Shown here: positions 8,815-17,657 of the stretch, one piece after another | Layout of the letters: each line of letters begins with the position of its first letter | How positions within the stretch are numbered: position 1 is the first letter of the stretch | From: Patescibacteria group bacterium | GTDB taxonomy: Bacteria > Patescibacteriota > Minisyncoccia > UBA6257 > GWB1-50-10 | Assembly: GCA_040757555.1 (NCBI GenBank) | Contig: JBFLWN010000005.1 | Coordinates: 8,045 to 72,044 of the forward strand | Direction: 5' to 3' | DNA length: 64,000 bases | Program-made: the position numbers and the translations under genes | The notes under the pieces: generated by a model | Databases searched by the model: none | What the model was told of the DNA's origin: nothing | What the model saw: the letters and a program-made list of their open reading frames with translations, nothing else

Positions 8815-10464
8815 TTATTCTTTTGAAGGAGACGAAACACGCAATAATTCTTCTACGGTAGTAATCCCCGCTTTTACTTTCTCTATTCCATCTTCAAACA
8901 AAGACTTCGATCCTTGTGTGCGAGCAAGAGACCATATGTCTTGAGCCGATGGATTTTTCATTACCAAGTCTTTTATTTCAGGTGTCACGTGGATAAACTC
9001 AAATATTCCTGTTCTTCCTTTGTATCCGGTGAAATTACACACCGGACATCCCTTTCCTTTGTATAAAGTAGTTTTTTCTTCAAAGTGTTTGGAAATAAGT
9101 GGAGATATTTTTTCCAATACGGACCGATCCACCGGAATACTGAAACGGCATGCCTCACAGATTTTTCTCACCAACCGTTGTGCAATAATCAACTCAAGCG
9201 TCGAGGCGAGTAAAAATGGTTCTACTTTCATATCAAACAGACGAGGAATTGCGGTTGCGGCATCGTTTGCGTGAAATGTAGAAAATAATAAATGCCCGGT
9301 AAGTGCGGCATTTACCGCAATATCGGCAGTTTCGTTATCACGGATTTCTCCCACCAGAATAATATCGGGATCCTGTCTCACGATCGAACGAAGCCCCTCG
9401 GAAAATGTGAGATTGGTCTGTTCATTCACCTGAATCTGATTGATTCCGGTTATTTTATATTCAATAGGATCTTCGATGGTGGTGATATTTTTTTCCGGGG
9501 TATTAAAAGTTTTGATTAGCGAATACAGTGTTGTGGTTTTTCCGGATCCCGTTGGTCCTGTCACAAGAATCATTCCGAATGGTTTTTGCGCTGCCTTTAC
9601 GAGCATATTCTGATGTTCCTCGGAAAGACCTAAATCACCTAGGGTAAATCCCCTCACATATTCCGAAAGTAAACGTATTGCTATTTTTTCGCCATCCATG
9701 ATTGGAATAACGGAAATTCTCATATCGATATTCTCAGTCCCATTTTTATATCGAAGCGAACCATCCTGCGCGGAAAAATGTTCATCCGTTCTCATGTGTC
9801 CCTGTATCTTTATTCTGTTTAAAATATTCTCGTAATATTCCTTCGGGATTCTCCCCGCTTCCTGTAACACTCCATCGATTCTGAAACGAATCACCACTTC
9901 CTGCTCCTGTGGTTCGAAATGTATATCGGATGCTCGATAGGTCGCAGCATCTTCGATAATTTCTCCGATTATTTCGGGAGCCACTTTTACATTCTGTTTA
10001 ATGATTGATGCAAATCGCGTTTCAAGCGCTTTTTTGTAATACACAAAAGAAGCATTAATATCATCGGGAAGTGAATATGCAAGTGTAATTTTTTTCTCAA
10101 CCCCAAATACCATTTTAAGGCTCTCCCCCAATCCCACTTGGGAAGGATCATCAGTACTTATGAGAAATTCGTCTTTTGTCTCTTTAAACAGCACAACTCT
10201 GAATTTTCTCGCGATATCTTCCGGAATACGAAGTGCTTGTTCGCGAGACGGTTGATGGGAATTAAGGTCCGCATATTGAACAAAAAATGATTCGGCAATC
10301 GCCTGTCCAATCAAATCCCTTGTGATAAGTTCTTTTGATATAAGATAATCGATCGCGGTTATATTTCCCGTCTGTGCGACGATCTCCGCCTTTTTCATGT
10401 CAGCGGGATCAATATAATTACGCTCAATCAATATTTCTTTCACCTTTGGGTCGTATAGGTTCAT
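8815..10464 (-). CDS. pilB: Type IV pilus assembly ATPase PilB (GspE family)
   Basis: Walker A GPTGSGKTT; Asp box; tetracysteine CEAC...CPVC; N-terminal GSPII_E_N-like region. Confidence 0.9.
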   Translation of the reverse strand: MNLYDPKVKEILIERNYIDPADMKKAEIVAQTGNITAIDYLISKELITRDLIGQAIAESFFVQYADLNSHQPSREQALRIPEDIARKFRVVLFKETKDEFLISTDDPSQVGLGESLKMVFGVEKKITLAYSLPDDINASFVYYKKALETRFASIIKQNVKVAPEIIGEIIEDAATYRASDIHFEPQEQEVVIRFRIDGVLQEAGRIPKEYYENILNRIKIQGHMRTDEHFSAQDGSLRYKNGTENIDMRISVIPIMDGEKIAIRLLSEYVRGFTLGDLGLSEEHQNMLVKAAQKPFGMILVTGPTGSGKTTTLYSLIKTFNTPEKNITTIEDPIEYKITGINQIQVNEQTNLTFSEGLRSIVRQDPDIILVGEIRDNETADIAVNAALTGHLLFSTFHANDAATAIPRLFDMKVEPFLLASTLELIIAQRLVRKICEACRFSIPVDRSVLEKISPLISKHFEEKTTLYKGKGCPVCNFTGYKGRTGIFEFIHVTPEIKDLVMKNPSAQDIWSLARTQGSKSLFEDGIEKVKAGITTVEELLRVSSPSKE

Positions 10465-10829
10465 GAAATTATTTTTTGTATTCGTTGTATTATTTCTGCA
10501 ATTGGCGTATCGGATTTCACAAAATAATCCTTCGCTCCGAGTTCAAGCGCAGTTTTAATATCATTATCTTGCCCAAGATTTGAAGAAACAACCACAGGAA
10601 CGGTATTTCCTCTTTTTCTCAATTCTTCAAGTACATCAAACCCATTCTTTTTTGGCATCATCAAATCGAGAATAATGAGATTGTATGTATCGTTTTTCAG
10701 CAAAAGAAGCGCCTGGTCACCATTTTCAGCGATTGTTACTTCATATCCAGATCGTAAAAGTTTTGCCTCAAGTGCTCGCGCCATTGCTTTCTCGTCTTCC
10801 GCCACTAGAATTTTCTTTTTATTATCCAT
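10461..10829 (-). CDS. Response regulator, receiver domain only
   Basis: 122 aa; ILVAEDE...ILDLMMP...KDYFVK; overlaps the pilB start (operon). Confidence 0.85.
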   Translation of the reverse strand: MDNKKKILVAEDEKAMARALEAKLLRSGYEVTIAENGDQALLLLKNDTYNLIILDLMMPKKNGFDVLEELRKRGNTVPVVVSSNLGQDNDIKTALELGAKDYFVKSDTPIAEIIQRIQKIIS

Positions 10830-10860
10830 CTTTTATCAGTATACCATATAAAATAAAATT

Positions 10861-10895
10861 AATTATAAATAAAAAAAATCTCCACCATGGTGAAG
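10861..10895 (-). terminator. Rho-independent terminator downstream of tRNA-His/hisS
   Basis: Minus-strand hairpin AAATCTTCACC/GGTGGAGATTT followed by T8. Confidence 0.6.
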
Positions 10896-10925
10896 ATTTT
10901 CATATAAAAAGCCGTAAAAACGGCG

Positions 10926-11000
10926 GGGGCGCAACGGGGCTTGAACCCGTCGCCTCCTGATCCACAGTCAGGCGCTCTAACCACATGAGCTATGCGTCCC
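10926..11000 (-). tRNA. tRNA-His (anticodon GTG) with encoded G-1
   Basis: Cloverleaf folded by hand: G-1:C73 pair, D-stem GCTC/GAGC, anticodon loop CUGUGGA, T-arm ACGGG-TTCAAGC-CCCGT. One A:C mismatch at 3:70. CCA not encoded. Confidence 0.75.
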
Positions 11001-11007
11001 GTGAAAC

Positions 11008-12345
11008 TTAAGATGAAATGACTGACCTTACCTTATCAACAATTTCAGATTTGTCAACTTCCTGTTGTGTGCGATTCACTGTGTCTTTGAATTGAACAAC
11101 ATTTTTTTCAACTTCGGACATTCCCGCAATAATGGCATATTGCATTTCCAATTTTTCCGCGTATTTCAGTTGCCCACCCATTCCTTTTTCTTTTCCAAGA
11201 TAAAGTTCGGTCGGGATATTGTTCGCGCGAAGCAAAGAAGTGATTTCTTGCACATAGATGCGTGCTTTTGGATTATTTTCAAAGTTAAGCACCAATATTT
11301 TTGCGATACTCTTTTCTTTCTTTGTCATTCGAAGTTCTTTCAACGCGTCAAACAAACGATCTACTCCGATTGATGCACCTACCGCAGGGACAGATATTGT
11401 ACTAAATTTACTTACCAAATCATCATACCTTCCTCCGGAAAATACACTGCCAATAGACGGAAGTTTGGTGAGCATTGTTTCAAACACTGGACCGGTATAA
11501 TATCCGAGTCCGCGAGCAACTGAAAAATCGAATGCCCATTTTTCTTTTGGTACGCCGAGAGCAGTTAGATTTTCAGCAATTTCACGAAGCTCTTTTATTC
11601 CTTGGAGGGCATTTTCCGAATCTTTCACAAGATCAAATACTGCATCCAATGCCTCTTCATTGCCGCGTGGAATATCCAAGAATCTTTTAATTGCCCCAAC
11701 CGCATCAATTGAAATCCCCATTGTGGTAAGCTCTCCAGACACCGAATCCCATGATTGTTTGTCGAGTTTATCTATCACTCGCAATACATCGGTGTTTAGA
11801 TCATTTTCGAACCCAGCAAATTCAGGAAGTGCATTTAGAATTTTTCGATTATTAATCTTAATAATGAAGTCATCAACACCAAGTTTTGTCATAGTGCTGT
11901 AAATCACTGCGACAATCTCGGCATCTGCGGTCATATCTTTCGATCCAACGGTATCAATATCAAATTGATAAAATCCATTGAATCTTCCTTTTTGGGGGCG
12001 TTCTCCACGAAACACTCTTCCGAGTTGATAGCGTTTAAACAAGCCGCCAATTTCATTTCGATATTGGGCATATGCTCTTGCAAGTGCAACCGTAAGATCA
12101 AAACGAAGTGCGATGTCTGTTTCTTCTTTACTTCCACTTTTTTTTACTAAATAAATCTGTTTGGTGAAATTCGGATCGCCTCCAGTTAGAATTTCTAGAC
12201 GTTCTACTTCGGGTGTTTCAAGCGGTAAGAATCCAAACAATTCAAAAGATGCTCGAATTGTATCGAGAATTTTATTTCTCAAAATCATCTCATCTGGGAG
12301 ATAATCTTTAAATCCGCTAGGCAATTGTGGTTTTATCATTTGCAT
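11008..12345 (-). CDS. hisS: Histidyl-tRNA synthetase
   Basis: 445 aa; class II aaRS motifs (FRGERPQKGRFNGFYQFDIDTVG); C-terminal anticodon-binding domain. Confidence 0.9.
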   Translation of the reverse strand: MQMIKPQLPSGFKDYLPDEMILRNKILDTIRASFELFGFLPLETPEVERLEILTGGDPNFTKQIYLVKKSGSKEETDIALRFDLTVALARAYAQYRNEIGGLFKRYQLGRVFRGERPQKGRFNGFYQFDIDTVGSKDMTADAEIVAVIYSTMTKLGVDDFIIKINNRKILNALPEFAGFENDLNTDVLRVIDKLDKQSWDSVSGELTTMGISIDAVGAIKRFLDIPRGNEEALDAVFDLVKDSENALQGIKELREIAENLTALGVPKEKWAFDFSVARGLGYYTGPVFETMLTKLPSIGSVFSGGRYDDLVSKFSTISVPAVGASIGVDRLFDALKELRMTKKEKSIAKILVLNFENNPKARIYVQEITSLLRANNIPTELYLGKEKGMGGQLKYAEKLEMQYAIIAGMSEVEKNVVQFKDTVNRTQQEVDKSEIVDKVRSVISS

Positions 12346-12420
12346 ACCTCTTTATTGTAATAAAAGTTTATTAATAATACTACCATAACAATAAAACTAA
12401 ATCAATGTATTGTCAAATAT

Positions 12421-12450
12421 AAAAACCGCCATTACTTGGCGGTTTATTTT
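12421..12450 (-). terminator. Rho-independent terminator
   Basis: AAACCGCCAAGTAATGGCGGTTTTT on the minus strand. Confidence 0.6.
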
Positions 12451-13275
12451 CTAATTAATTTTTTCTTTCCCCATGATAAACGCTTCTTTGTTGGGATCCT
12501 TACAATTTCTCGCAAAAATAATTACCCCATCAAATGGTGCAAACACAGGAGTTTGCCCATCATATCCAAGAAATTTACCTTTCATCACCGGCTCAAAATC
12601 GGAAAATTCACGATCAATCGTAAAATTCCTTTTTGTCTTATAAATATAACTTGCATATATTTCCCGCTGATTCTTTGTTTCTTTCAATTCTTCCTTTCCC
12701 GAAATAATATCCATTATTTTCAAGAATGTAATAATTGAATCATATGCACGTTTTGGTGCCTCCGGATCTTGATGATATCCGCATTCCACACAGATTCCAT
12801 TTCCTTTGTGTGGATTGTTGTTCACGAAATAATCCGTTCCTCCCCTTTCGATATAATCCCACCCGTGAGAACGGATTGGAAATGGAAGCATCTGTGCTAT
12901 ATGAAATGAATGTGGTTCACAGATAATAAATGGTGTACTTTCTTTTGACATACTTGAATGCACATCAAGAAGCGCAACACTTTCATTCAAAAAAGGCATA
13001 ATTGCTTTTGCGCGTTTCAGTTCATACGAACTTTTTTCTTGTTCTGATAATTCTTCAAATGGACGAAATACTCGATTCATATTCACATCCACCTGGCGCA
13101 CCCCCCGTTCAATCGCTTCTAAGTTGGCAAGTATAAAATAGACCCGCCCCCTTTCTATGGAAAGAGACTCAATTGCTTTCTCAACAGCTTGAACACCGCA
13201 TATTTCATCTCCGTGAACACCGCCCATAATAGTGACGGTATTTCCGGGTTTTTCTCCTTCTTTCACAAAAATCAT
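12451..13275 (-). CDS. Succinylglutamate desuccinylase/aspartoacylase (AstE/AspA) family zinc deacylase
   Basis: IMGGVHGDEICG zinc-binding motif; 274 aa. Confidence 0.65.
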   Translation of the reverse strand: MIFVKEGEKPGNTVTIMGGVHGDEICGVQAVEKAIESLSIERGRVYFILANLEAIERGVRQVDVNMNRVFRPFEELSEQEKSSYELKRAKAIMPFLNESVALLDVHSSMSKESTPFIICEPHSFHIAQMLPFPIRSHGWDYIERGGTDYFVNNNPHKGNGICVECGYHQDPEAPKRAYDSIITFLKIMDIISGKEELKETKNQREIYASYIYKTKRNFTIDREFSDFEPVMKGKFLGYDGQTPVFAPFDGVIIFARNCKDPNKEAFIMGKEKIN

Positions 13276-13367
13276 AGGATTATCCTCCTTGTTTGTTTTT
13301 AAATATTCTGCCTATAGCATCCACAAAAATTGATCATTAGTCAAATTCCATCACTATTCTTTATCGA

Positions 13368-14075
13368 ATGCCCAAAATACCATATAATTTCTATGCGCTT
13401 TTTATGAACAAATTTGGAAACATACTTACATATCAGGAACTTCTCACAGTACCACTTGGAGAAAACAATGAACCTCTTGTTTCGCTTAATTTAATTTGTC
13501 CCGATATAATTTGCGAGTATGAAAAAACCGATATGATTCCTCTCACCGGAAATAATATTTATGTCCGAAAAACGGTAGCCGAGAAACTATGTCGCGTACA
13601 AGAACATATAAAAAAAATATCACCCGAATTTCAATTGCGAGTCGTCTACGGGTATCGACATCCCGACATTCAGAAAAAATACTTTGAACAAAAAAAACAA
13701 GAGTTATTGAACAAGGAAAATATTTCCGATGAAAATATAAACACCGCGGTTCACAGTTTTGTCGCAGTTCCCGAGGTCGCAGGACATCCCACGGGAGGCG
13801 CATTGGATCTCACGATTATAGAAGATGGAAAGGAAATTGATATGGGAACTGGAATCGCCGACTATTCCGACGAAGAAAAAATAAAAACAAACTCAGGAGA
13901 TATAACTCCAAAACAAATGCAAAATCGCATGATACTTCACGATGCCATGCTCAGAGAAGAATTTGCCCCTTTCTATGGTGAGTGGTGGCATTATTCTTAT
14001 GGAGATCGAGAATGGGCTTATTTTTACGGGAAAGAAACATCACTTTATTCCCCTTTGTTCTTCGAAAAGAAATAA
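13368..14075 (+). CDS. D-Ala-D-Ala dipeptidase (VanX/DdpX, M15 family)
   Basis: HPTGGALDLT and GEWWHYSYG motifs characteristic of VanX. Confidence 0.75.
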   Translation: MPKIPYNFYALFMNKFGNILTYQELLTVPLGENNEPLVSLNLICPDIICEYEKTDMIPLTGNNIYVRKTVAEKLCRVQEHIKKISPEFQLRVVYGYRHPDIQKKYFEQKKQELLNKENISDENINTAVHSFVAVPEVAGHPTGGALDLTIIEDGKEIDMGTGIADYSDEEKIKTNSGDITPKQMQNRMILHDAMLREEFAPFYGEWWHYSYGDREWAYFYGKETSLYSPLFFEKK

Positions 14076-14102
14076 AAAACCCCGCTATTGGCGGGGTTTT
14101 TG
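14075..14102. terminator. Bidirectional rho-independent terminator between convergent genes
   Basis: AAAAACCCCGCTATTGGCGGGGTTTTTG. Confidence 0.75.
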
Positions 14103-14105
14103 TAT

Positions 14106-14674
14106 TTAACAATTTCCGTAAAGATACATTCGGAATTCACTTTTTGAAGATACTTCTTTCGCGTGTTCAGAAACATTCTGAATAAGTCCTTCGATAATTT
14201 TTGCGCCGAAGTTCTCATACATATTTTTTGAGTTAGATCCTTCAAGAGCGGTTCTCATAACATAAGTATCGAAGCCATTTTTCTTCGCACACTCAACTCT
14301 CGCTTGTATAAGACTGGTTCCAATACCTCTCTTCCTATAATCAGCATGAACGCCAATTTCTGACATATAACATGCTGTCTCTAATTCAAATGGAAGTCTG
14401 TGTCTATTTTCTTCAAGAAATTCACCGGATTCCCATGATTTTTTTGCCGGAAGTACGCATCCAAATCCTATAACAGATCCATCGGGTGCGAGTGCAAGAA
14501 ATATCTGTCCATCGTTTTCGAGATGTTTATTCCACACTTCGTGTTCAACATATTCATCTGTATAAGATTCAAAATATGGTGGACCTGCAAATACTTCTTT
14601 ATATAAGTTAATGAAATCCTGTTTTTTTCCGAGTTGTTATTTACGTGAACGATTTTGATTCCATCAGGTCTCAT
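14106..14674 (-). pseudogene. GNAT N-acetyltransferase with apparent frameshift in an A7 homopolymer (~14625-14631)
   Basis: ORF 14468..14674 (MRPDGIKIVHVNN...) and ORF 14106..14537 together give a canonical GNAT fold only after a 1-nt shift at GGAAAAAAAC; the downstream half has no ATG of its own. Confidence 0.5.
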
Positions 14675-15428
14675 GGATCACCTCCATGACACTTCGAAGA
14701 ACAACCATTTGATCTCCGAAAAATATCGCCTCAATCGTTCCTCCTGACGGCTGAACAATAAAACGCTCACCGGTAACTTTTCCTACTGCAATTGTCCCCG
14801 ATCCGCAAGAAGATTCGTAGAAAAACGTATCGATCGAACGCACCCATACCACCGGATGCATAATAATCGATTTTCCTTCTTTTTGAATCCACACAACACC
14901 GACTGCGTCTCTTTTCTCAAGACTAAGTTCTTTTGTGATGGCCCGATGAATTTCTTCATAATTCTTTGGAAATGGGGCATCAATAACAAAATGCACAATT
15001 CCTCCAAGATCAACGAGAACACCGGAATAACCCTGAGCCTGTTTTTTCTCTGAGGAAAGTTTCATTCCTGGAAAAATACATCGTACATCAAATTTACTTT
15101 TATCCGCCGTTTCAACTATTTCTCCCGAAACTTCTCCGGAAAAACCCGACATCGTAAAAGAAACCTGGTTTAAATTTTGAATCTTTGAAAATAATAATGC
15201 TGCTGCTCGCGCTGCGTTTCCGCAGAACTCTCCTCCCGCCATTTCAAAATGGCTTTCTGAGGGTATAAGAAATCCGCACTGCTCCGCACCGAATTTTTCG
15301 GTTTCGGCCATAAGTTGTTTTCCCTTTTCTTCATATTCTGCCCTGGGGAGGGCGTGCTCGAGTATGCGGATTGCGGTAGCGTTTCCACCTGCCGCAGAAA
15401 TTACATAAAGATGATTATTTAGTTCCAT
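14664..15428 (-). CDS. DapF-like (diaminopimelate-epimerase fold) two-cysteine epimerase
   Basis: Start MELNNH at 15428 with AAAGGAG RBS. GNAARA region around Cys (FCGNAARA) and second catalytic Cys in SSCGSGT. Confidence 0.55.
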   Translation of the reverse strand: MELNNHLYVISAAGGNATAIRILEHALPRAEYEEKGKQLMAETEKFGAEQCGFLIPSESHFEMAGGEFCGNAARAAALLFSKIQNLNQVSFTMSGFSGEVSGEIVETADKSKFDVRCIFPGMKLSSEKKQAQGYSGVLVDLGGIVHFVIDAPFPKNYEEIHRAITKELSLEKRDAVGVVWIQKEGKSIIMHPVVWVRSIDTFFYESSCGSGTIAVGKVTGERFIVQPSGGTIEAIFFGDQMVVLRSVMEVIHET

Positions 15429-15512
15429 AAGATAGTACTCCTTTTGATTAGTGAAAATTGACAATTTCCTAAGCTCATTATAGGCACCACCCACATGAAC
15501 TGTCAAAAGCAG

Positions 15513-17033
15513 TTATTTCAACAAATCAATAACCTTTTTGAACACATCATCGCGCATCACTTGTATGTCTTTCGATAGAATTCTGTCATTTTCAATATGT
15601 TTCACATATTTTCGTATCATCAAATATGTCCTTTTTGTCCCCTTTCCGAGTTTCTGTGTATCCCGAAAATCAATTGCTTGCGCTGAATTCATATATTCAA
15701 TCGCTAAAACATTTTCGGTATTTTTCACGATATTCCACGCCTTTCGCGCGGCAATTGTTCCCATACTCACATGATCTTCCTGGTTCACCGACGTGGGAAT
15801 TGAGTCAACTGAGGCAGGATGGGCAAGTACTTTATTTTCCGAAACAAGAGACGCGGCAACGTATTGAGGAATCATAAGTCCACTATGGAGTCCCCCTTTC
15901 TTTTCATCAATAAGAAAAATGGGTAAACCTGCATTCATTGATGGATCAATAAGTTTTGCGGTTCTTCGCTCTGAGATATCGGCAAGCTCGGCAATTGCAA
16001 TTCCAAGGGTATCCATTGCAATGGCGATTGGTTCGCCATGAAAATTTCCTCCTGAAACGGCATGGTCTGGATTGGTAAAAATAATTGGATTATCGGTTAC
16101 TGAATTTAATTCGCATTCAACCACCGAATGCACATAATTCACCGCATCGCGAATTGCTCCATGTACTTGTGGTGAACATCGGAGAGAATATGAATCCTGA
16201 ACTCTTCCCTTTATTGAATTTACTAATTTAGATCCGGAAATATATTTCTTTATATTTTTTGCCACAATTGCCTGCCCAGGATGCGGGCGAACGGCTTGCA
16301 CATGCGGGTCAAACGCGTTCGTCACCCCACATACCGCTTCAAGTGTAAGCGCAACCCCCATGTCGGCAATTTCAATAAGTTGTTCCGCTTTATGAAGTGC
16401 GAGTGCTGCAATTCCCGTCATCACTGAGGTTCCATTATTGAATGCAAGCCCTTCTTTTTCCAAAAATCCCGGAGGAATTAATCTCGCTTTTTTAAGCGCC
16501 ACTGCGGTTTTCATTTTTTTTCCCTGATACCACACATCTCCTTCTCCCATCATCGCAAGTCCAATATGGGAAAGTGGGGCGAGATCACCAGATGATCCAA
16601 CAGACCCCTGAGATGGCACAAGTGGAATAATATCTTTTGAAATAAGAGCTGAGAGGAATTCCAAAAATTCAAATCTCACACCCGAATATCCTTGTGTCAA
16701 TGAATTTAAACGCACAAGCATTGCCGCGCGTACCGCTTCCCTTGAAAATAACTCGCCAACACCCGACGAATGACTGCGAATAAGATTTCGCTGTAATTCT
16801 TTTACAAATTCCTTTTCAATAAATTTATCCTTAAAACTTCCAAACCCAGTCGTAACTCCGTAAACAACTTGTTTTTTTTCAACAATGCGTTCAACCACTT
16901 TCCGCGATGCAATTATTTTCTTTTTTGCATGTGGAGAAAGAACAATCTTAATTCCCGGACGATGCGCAACCTCCCAGACGACGTCCGGGGTGAGATGATG
17001 GTCCGGCCCCACCTCAACGATTGATGTTTTCAT
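15513..17033 (-). CDS. hutH: Histidine ammonia-lyase family (MIO-dependent aromatic amino acid lyase)
   Basis: 506 aa; GSVGSSGDLAPLSH region, a Ser-Ser-Gly variant of the Ala-Ser-Gly MIO triad; full lyase fold. Confidence 0.8.
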   Translation of the reverse strand: MKTSIVEVGPDHHLTPDVVWEVAHRPGIKIVLSPHAKKKIIASRKVVERIVEKKQVVYGVTTGFGSFKDKFIEKEFVKELQRNLIRSHSSGVGELFSREAVRAAMLVRLNSLTQGYSGVRFEFLEFLSALISKDIIPLVPSQGSVGSSGDLAPLSHIGLAMMGEGDVWYQGKKMKTAVALKKARLIPPGFLEKEGLAFNNGTSVMTGIAALALHKAEQLIEIADMGVALTLEAVCGVTNAFDPHVQAVRPHPGQAIVAKNIKKYISGSKLVNSIKGRVQDSYSLRCSPQVHGAIRDAVNYVHSVVECELNSVTDNPIIFTNPDHAVSGGNFHGEPIAIAMDTLGIAIAELADISERRTAKLIDPSMNAGLPIFLIDEKKGGLHSGLMIPQYVAASLVSENKVLAHPASVDSIPTSVNQEDHVSMGTIAARKAWNIVKNTENVLAIEYMNSAQAIDFRDTQKLGKGTKRTYLMIRKYVKHIENDRILSKDIQVMRDDVFKKVIDLLK

Positions 17034-17107
17034 GTTTTTATTCTACCCCGTTAAAAATAGAATTCCAGTATTTTATTACTTGAAAAACTAAGGATAGATA
17101 AAAGAAA

Positions 17108-17134
17108 AATCCGAGCATTATATGCTCGGATTTT
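17108..17134 (-). terminator. Rho-independent terminator
   Basis: Palindrome TCCGAGCAT-TAT-ATGCTCGGA followed by a T-run on the minus strand. Confidence 0.6.
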
Positions 17135-17141
17135 ATATTTG

Positions 17142-17657
17142 TTACATTTTTACTTCTTCAAATTCGATTTTTGTGTGCTCGGTATTTGCAAACTTTGCAT
17201 AGAAAAGCCTCAATTCTTTTTTGAGATTTGCTGCTTTTATAATAGCACTTGCTACCTTCTGCAAATCGAACTTCTGTCGCGTCACCATATCAGAGAAATT
17301 TTTGAGGAAAGATCTTCCAAGAGCGGACTTCATTGCCTCATATTTTTTACAATCTTCGTGATTGATCAAGATAATTGTCTTAATTGTTTCATGACGATCG
17401 AGAAATAATGTGAGGATGTCGTTTACCACCTTGAATTCTTTTGGAAAACTTGATGGCTCGGTAAGAGAAGCTATAGCACCTGAAATAGCAATGGGTACAT
17501 ATTCTCCTGTCGAAAGATTAAGTTCGTTCTTCAAAAATTCTTGAAAAGCTCTTTGAAATCTTGGATCAGCGCAGTGTATAACAATTGCTTTTGGATGACC
17601 CGAAAGCACGTCATATAACTTCTGCATCTCTTTTTCTCCGTTCATGAGTTGCCTCAC
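17142..17657 (-). CDS. Hypothetical protein with beta-carbonic-anhydrase-like zinc ligand motifs (CxDxR...HxxC)
   Basis: HCADPRF and INHEDC motifs; 171 aa; weak assignment. Confidence 0.35.
   Translation of the reverse strand: MRQLMNGEKEMQKLYDVLSGHPKAIVIHCADPRFQRAFQEFLKNELNLSTGEYVPIAISGAIASLTEPSSFPKEFKVVNDILTLFLDRHETIKTIILINHEDCKKYEAMKSALGRSFLKNFSDMVTRQKFDLQKVASAIIKAANLKKELRLFYAKFANTEHTKIEFEEVKM

Noticed and set aside
10926-11000. A3:C70 mismatch in tRNA-His acceptor stem, possibly indicating a pseudo-tRNA
   Set aside because: All other stems, the G-1:C73 pair and the anticodon loop are canonical; a single A:C apposition is tolerated in tRNAs, so it is called functional.
14106-14537. GNAT ORF called as a complete gene with GTG start
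   Set aside because: The track's 'M' is a GTG that lies mid-domain; the true N-terminus is in the overlapping upstream ORF after a 1-nt shift, so it is treated as one frameshifted gene.
15429-15506. N-terminal extension of the DapF-like ORF
   Set aside because: The ORF-track start at 15506 is a non-ATG alternative start (the track translates GTG/TTG as M); the ATG with AAAGGAG RBS at 15428 is the likely real start.
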